From NCBI GenBank assembly GCA_001643675.2, contig LSRY02000048.1, positions 1-64,000 on the forward strand: DNA of 64,000 nt, in the 5' to 3' direction. The notes under the pieces are model-generated. The model saw only the letters and a list, made by a program, of their open reading frames with translations. It ran no database searches and was not told the origin of the DNA. How positions within the stretch are numbered: position 1 is the stretch's first letter; each line of letters begins with the position of its first letter. Source of the DNA: Monocercomonoides exilis PA203 (lineage: Eukaryota; Protista; Preaxostyla). A program made the translations under genes and the position numbers. Positions 58,236 to 64,000 of this stretch are shown here, piece by piece.

Positions 58236-60800
58236 CAGTGACGTAACAAGAGAAAATCGACACAATGATAAAATGACTGATTAGATTTTGACAATTTGAC
58301 AAAAAAAAATATCTATTTGAGTTTCACCATATTTGAAAGCACAATTGTATGATCAGTGAATTATCATTAAACAATTAAAGATATTTTTTTGATAAATAAA
58401 TATTTTTCTTTCGAAGATCATTTACCCAACAATCATATTATTAAATAACAAGAAAAGTCAGTTGAGGAATTTTTCTGTTTGGTTTTGTCATTGACTGTCA
58501 TTGACAAATGAAAAAAAATGGATGATATTTCAGATGTGATAATCAAATCTTTTCCAAAAAGCTTAAAAAAATTTTGGAAAACTTCGCAGTTGTTTGCCTT
58601 TTATTTTCCATTTTGTTTATTTTTTTATTCAATATTTCTTTTTTATGTTCCGGAAGCGTCATTTGAAAGGAAATTTAAAGAGCTGGAAAATGCAAATTTC
58701 AACTTTGTTCATATTGAACCTATTATTTTTAACGAAAATGTGATATACATGCTTGTTATGAACAAAATTTCAACTTTAATTACTCATAAAAAGATTCATA
58801 ATTTATGTACATTCTTTTTCATAGTTATAAACATCCAACAAAGAAAAATGAATTCAAAAAACAAGTTGCATTTTTTGATTATTTACAATGACATTTGGCT
58901 TTGTTACTTCTGCGTGAAGCCTGATGGAATTACAAAAATTGATGGGAATCACATGTTGATGTGTATGTGTGAAAAGAACGAAGTGGCTTGCAGCTGCTCA
59001 GGAAGGGAAAATTCGATATCAATCAAATCATTCAAGTGCCCGTTTCTAAATACAATGCTGGACAAATGGTTTTGGATAAAAAAAGCAACAAAAGATAAAA
59101 ATGCAAAGGAAGTGCTTCCTTCGGAGAACAAATATAATCAAAAACCAAACATTTTATGTGATCTGTTTTTAAACCTTATTTCTCGATGCAACCTATCTTT
59201 TCTTTCTGCAGGATCAAAGGAATTTTATTCTTTTGAAAAACTTTAATGATATACTCACGGCATCATTCAGACACTCCAAGTTCTTCAATATTTCATCATC
59301 CAACGCGCACGACAATAACAAATTTTATTAAAGATTGAAAATCGAAAACCATTCTGGGGAGAGGAAATACGACAAAAGTTCAATGTGTTGGATTAATGAC
59401 GGATGGAGGATTAATCACTGGGAAAAAATGCACAATTGTGACCTTGACTGTTCATTCAGATAATTCAATTCCATTGTTTTGGAAATTGACTAATCCCTGT
59501 TTCAGTTCTGAAGAATCAAAAAATCTAAGAAAAAACATGCATTAAAGAATTGTCGAATAACGGTGCAGAAGGAAGATCTTTATGCGGTGATGGATTGCTT
59601 TTGAAAAAGAAATTTTAAAAGGAATTGTCATGTGAAAAAGATGTTGCTATCCATTGGAATTATTCTCGATCAATGCAATTTAAGTTTCTTGTTCAAACCT
59701 AATAATCAATTTAGTCATCATTATTTATTGAAAAAAGGCTTTCGCCAAAAACAATTATTGATAAATCATCTTTCTTGATCTTAAAGCAACATCTGCTGAC
59801 TTGAATTTATCTTCAGACTATCAGCCTGCAAACAACGAAAATTGCAAAAAATTTCATGTTATATCTTCTCTATTATCGCAGAGTAATTTTCGAAATGCAT
59901 ACTCTGAAGTTATATCAACGAAAGACAAAATACTTCAACATTTGAATAGCATTTCTTCTTCTTCTTTTTCTTCTTCTTCTTCTTTTTCTTCTTCTTCTTC
60001 AACACATTCGACAAGCACGGAGTGTATTTCTTCGGATTCTTTTTATTCTCAACTGGATGAATTGCAACACATATTGAATGATTTAGAAGAAACTATTTCT
60101 TTCAATCGCAAAGATGATGAAAGAGAAGTTAAAGACGAAGATAATGACTCTGCAGAATTTACGTATTATGATGAAGAAGAAGATCAATTAATAGATGATT
60201 ATGCATGTGAAGATATTGATGAAACTGTGTGTAATTGCTGTCAAACAAGATCTGGATGTTTTTCAAAAACACCAGCAACATCATCAGAAATCTCTTCGGT
60301 AGAAATTTCAAGTTAAGAAAAGAGACAAGCTGAAAACAAACAAGAAAATGACAAAGAAACAGTTTTTTCTTTGGTTCAAATGATAAATTAGATTATCGAA
60401 CATGTTTTTCAATCAAAGAAGTGAACAATTTTGAAACAAAAATCGAAGAAAGAATTTCTTCTAATTGGCACAGTAGGATTTTTGTATCATTTTCTAACAA
60501 CGTTTATCAAACATTAACGAGGTGCTGCGAGGAGATTCAAAAAGAATGCCTTTCCTTATTCAAGCTATAAATAGCTGCTCAGACCAATTTCAGTCCGTAA
60601 GGAGAACCAGTTGTGTTTAACAGTCTTATCGCATCAATAAGAAAAGTCAATACCATCTTCGCAAATATTTGCTATTGCCTTTTGACTGCACCATGAAGTT
60701 AAGCCTCTTGTGAAAAGCTTTTTTCACGGTTGAAACGGATAGTCAGCTATCGAAAACATTCCTTATTCATTGAAACTTTAAACTGTTTATTATTGTAATG
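58236..60800 (+). mobile_element. hAT-superfamily element with a degenerate transposase (~58850-60800)
   Basis: Begins CAGTGACG; LISRCNLSFLSAGSKEFYSF; LMTDGG; C-terminal dimerisation-like LLTAP*S*ASCEKLFSRLKRIVSYRKHSL. Confidence 0.7.
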
Positions 60801-61889
60801 ACATTGTTGTTTTTTTATTTGTTGTTTAATTCAAACAAATTTTCAATTTTCTATTGATTTTCACAAATAAAGTAAATCCGAAAATAAATCAAAGAATCAT
60901 AAATATGTTATTCATTAATATCGCTCAAAAGAAGATAGCACATTTCCAAAATTTTTCGTTCTTCTCTTTTTTGTTGATAAACAACTTTCAGAGACCAAGA
61001 GCACAAAAAAAAGAAACTCAAGCGGGAAGCTTCAGTTTTGAAGGGTATGAAATTTCACTTTGATCAACCTTATTTTTTAAATATTTTCTATTAACATTTA
61101 ATTAAATGAACTTTTAAAAACGTTCAGATAAAAAAAAGTGTTCTTCATAGAAAACCATATGAAAAACAAACCTCTCACAAAAATTTCAACATGACTATTG
61201 TAACAAAACCTCGATGATATCTTTCAAAACCATTATTTATTCAAAAGCATATTTTTCTCTTGTACGAAAGTGTTGAGATAATAACATATTCAATCAAAAT
61301 TTCAAACTTTTTATCAGCTATTAACATGAACAAAATTTCTTTTGAATGCTGCTATCTTTCTTTCTCTTTCGATTTAAAACGTTTTCTTAAAGAATTATAA
61401 AAAAAATTGCATCAAACCATAAAAATTTAAAAATGAAGTCACAAACAATTTGTCAAATAATGCATCCTGAACAGTTATAAAATTTTAATATTATTAATTG
61501 TTCAAAGATTGGAGTTATTTGTGCAAGTTTCATTTATTTTTCAAACTTTTTTCAATAGAATTGTTAATTAACACAAGCAATTCTTAATGAAAAAAACTTT
61601 TTATAGAATAATATTCATCTGTAAATTTTGTTCCTTGTGACTTGAACAACAAAGTTCAACTTTTATGAACATATAATTTTGTTCACACCTATTCAATATG
61701 ATGTGTTTCAATAAAAATATTATTTTTAATAAACAAAAACATTTTGGTTTAGAAAATAGATTCAGTCACTCACCATTCATGTAAATTGTTAAATGTTGGA
61801 AACATTAATTCTTTAATTATTATGGTTGTTCAAACAAAACTAATTTGTCTATCTGTTTATTGGAAATGCCTTTATTATTATCAACTTAA

Positions 61890-63271
61890 TGTTTCCCTTC
61901 ATTTGAAACAGTGTGAACAGGATTCATTCCAAAATTAGACCTCCACTTCATTTCATCCTTCTTGTCTCGAAAACCTTCAAAAACAAAAGTTTCATTAATT
62001 CGTTCATTCTTCGACGCATGCAAAATAAGAAAAGCAAAAATACCTTCAAACGTTCGAATTGCAAAGGCACTCAACTGCACACCGAGCCTTGTCTGTCAGA
62101 TTCGAACAGGATATATAATAATAAAGGTTATCGAGAAAAAGAACAAGTTGATGACTCGAAAGCAAGAAAAACGAGTCATGGAAATTTTTAAAAATCTGAG
62201 AGAGAAAAGAAAGCAAATCACACAGAAAACGCTGAGAGCCGTTGTTGCAAAAGTTTGTCATAAAACTCCTTCTCACAATTTTCATTCTTCATTCATAAAA
62301 AGGCATAGCGAGGAATTGATGATCGTTCCTTCAAGCGTGAGAGAAGAAAAAAGAATGAAAATATCGGAACAAAGCATTGTCATCTGGAAAAATCATTTTG
62401 TTCAATATGTGTGTGGAAAATATTCATCCATGATCTTCTGTGCTGATGAATCAGGCTATCACGCGTATGAAGATACAAGAAAGATGAACCTTATAGTCGG
62501 AACAAATGAAAATCGTGCAATTGATCACACGCCTGTTGACAGAGGAGAAAAAAAGTTTTCATTGCTTCATTGTATTTCACTTGATGGTACTTTTGTCCCT
62601 CCTTGTTTTCTGGTGCAAAAACCGTTCAACACAAGATCGCTTCGGTCTCTAGGCTATTAAATAGGAATTCATGGTTGCGTAGAAATCGGAAATTCGTCTT
62701 ATTTCACAAAGGAGTGGTTTGAAAACTGGATTGAGAAAGTTTTCATTCCTCATGTCAACATTAAAAGAATGATTTTGCCAGATAAACACGCACAAGCAGT
62801 GTTGATGCTTGATGGTTGCCGAATACACCTGTCGGACAACGTATTGACTCGACTTGCTAATGAAAAAATATTGCTTTTGGTTTTGCCTCCGAATACTACA
62901 CACTTGTTGCAGTCATTGGATTTATTAATTTTTTCCCTTTGGAAACTTCATATTCAACAGGTTCGTTTGTGTTCTGCACACGTCTGCATGGAACATCTTT
63001 TGTGGGGTGCAATGAATGCAATACTGCAAGTTGCTTTATCCATTTATATTTTTCTGCTTTTAAAGAAAATGGACTTGTGAATGATTTGCAGAAAACTGCA
63101 TCAACAGCTCAGATTTTCGAAGAAAGCATCCAAAAAGTGATCGAAATTGTGAAATTGGACAACAAATCATTGCCGCTTTCATGCACCAGAAAAACAAAAC
63201 AAACAAAGGGAGTAGAGTGGGGAATTATGATCATTGACAAAATGCCAGTTTATTTTGGACTTCCGCAATAA
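61890..63271 (+). pseudogene. pogo/DDE_1-type transposase, copy C (DD35D), with few lesions
   Basis: IFCADESG, HCISLDG, LMLDGCRIH, LPPNTTHLLQSLD; an in-frame TAA at 62658-62660, a frameshift near 63050 and a disrupted 5' end. Confidence 0.88.
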
Positions 63272-63459
63272 ACAATACTTGGTGTACAATAGATATGTTT
63301 AAGAGTTTTTTTCATTCATATTTCATGGAGCATTTCAAAAATAACATTATTAAATAAACAAAATATTCATCAAATTTTTGTTTTTCTTTTATGTCAATGA
63401 TACAAAAAGAATTAACAATTAACAAGAACAGTGAATATCTGTTTTGATTATTTTAAATA

Positions 63460-63672
<213 letters not shown>

Positions 63673-64000
63673 ACTTTTTATCAACTGTCACCTTTTTTTT
63701 TCGTTTCTCTTCATCAGGAATTGCGAAAAGACAAGCATGCTGTTGCAGATAAAAGGTTAGAGAGAAAAAACGACTTATGCGTTTCATCAAGAACACAAAC
63801 AAAACATCATCGTTTGACAAGAAATATTTATCTGCTGAGAAAACCTACTTTTTTCCTTCAATTTTGAAAATATGAAACAGGAAATCTTTCAAAAATTCCT
63901 GAAGTGAAATAAAAAAGAGTAGAAAAACACACATGATGAAATGAAATCAACTTAAATAAAACAAACTGTTTGTATCTTAAAATGAGAATTGATCAAAATT

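Overview
AT-rich eukaryotic DNA with short GT-AG introns and Ser-rich low-complexity proteins. The style resembles oxymonad/metamonad genomes such as Monocercomonoides, but that is inference only. The window is mostly a DNA-transposon graveyard plus decayed host-type genes. It holds Merlin/ISXO2-type transposases (3 copies, one intact after splicing), one intact Tc1/IS630-type element with TIRs and a TA duplication nested in a Merlin, pogo/DDE_1-type remnants (3), PIF/Harbinger-ISL2EU-type remnants (2) and hAT remnants. The main discovery is a family of Sola-like DDD transposases carrying a complete USP/peptidase-C19 deubiquitinase domain inside the same protein. There are three copies (about 1.9-5.9, 40.4-44.1 and 46.2-49.3 kb). 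The first is bounded by about 0.6-kb inverted repeats; the right repeat contains a near-perfect hairpin with 155-bp arms and the left a degraded copy of it. No rRNA, tRNA, CRISPR array or retroelement was recognised. All family assignments come from motifs recognised by eye, not from database searches.
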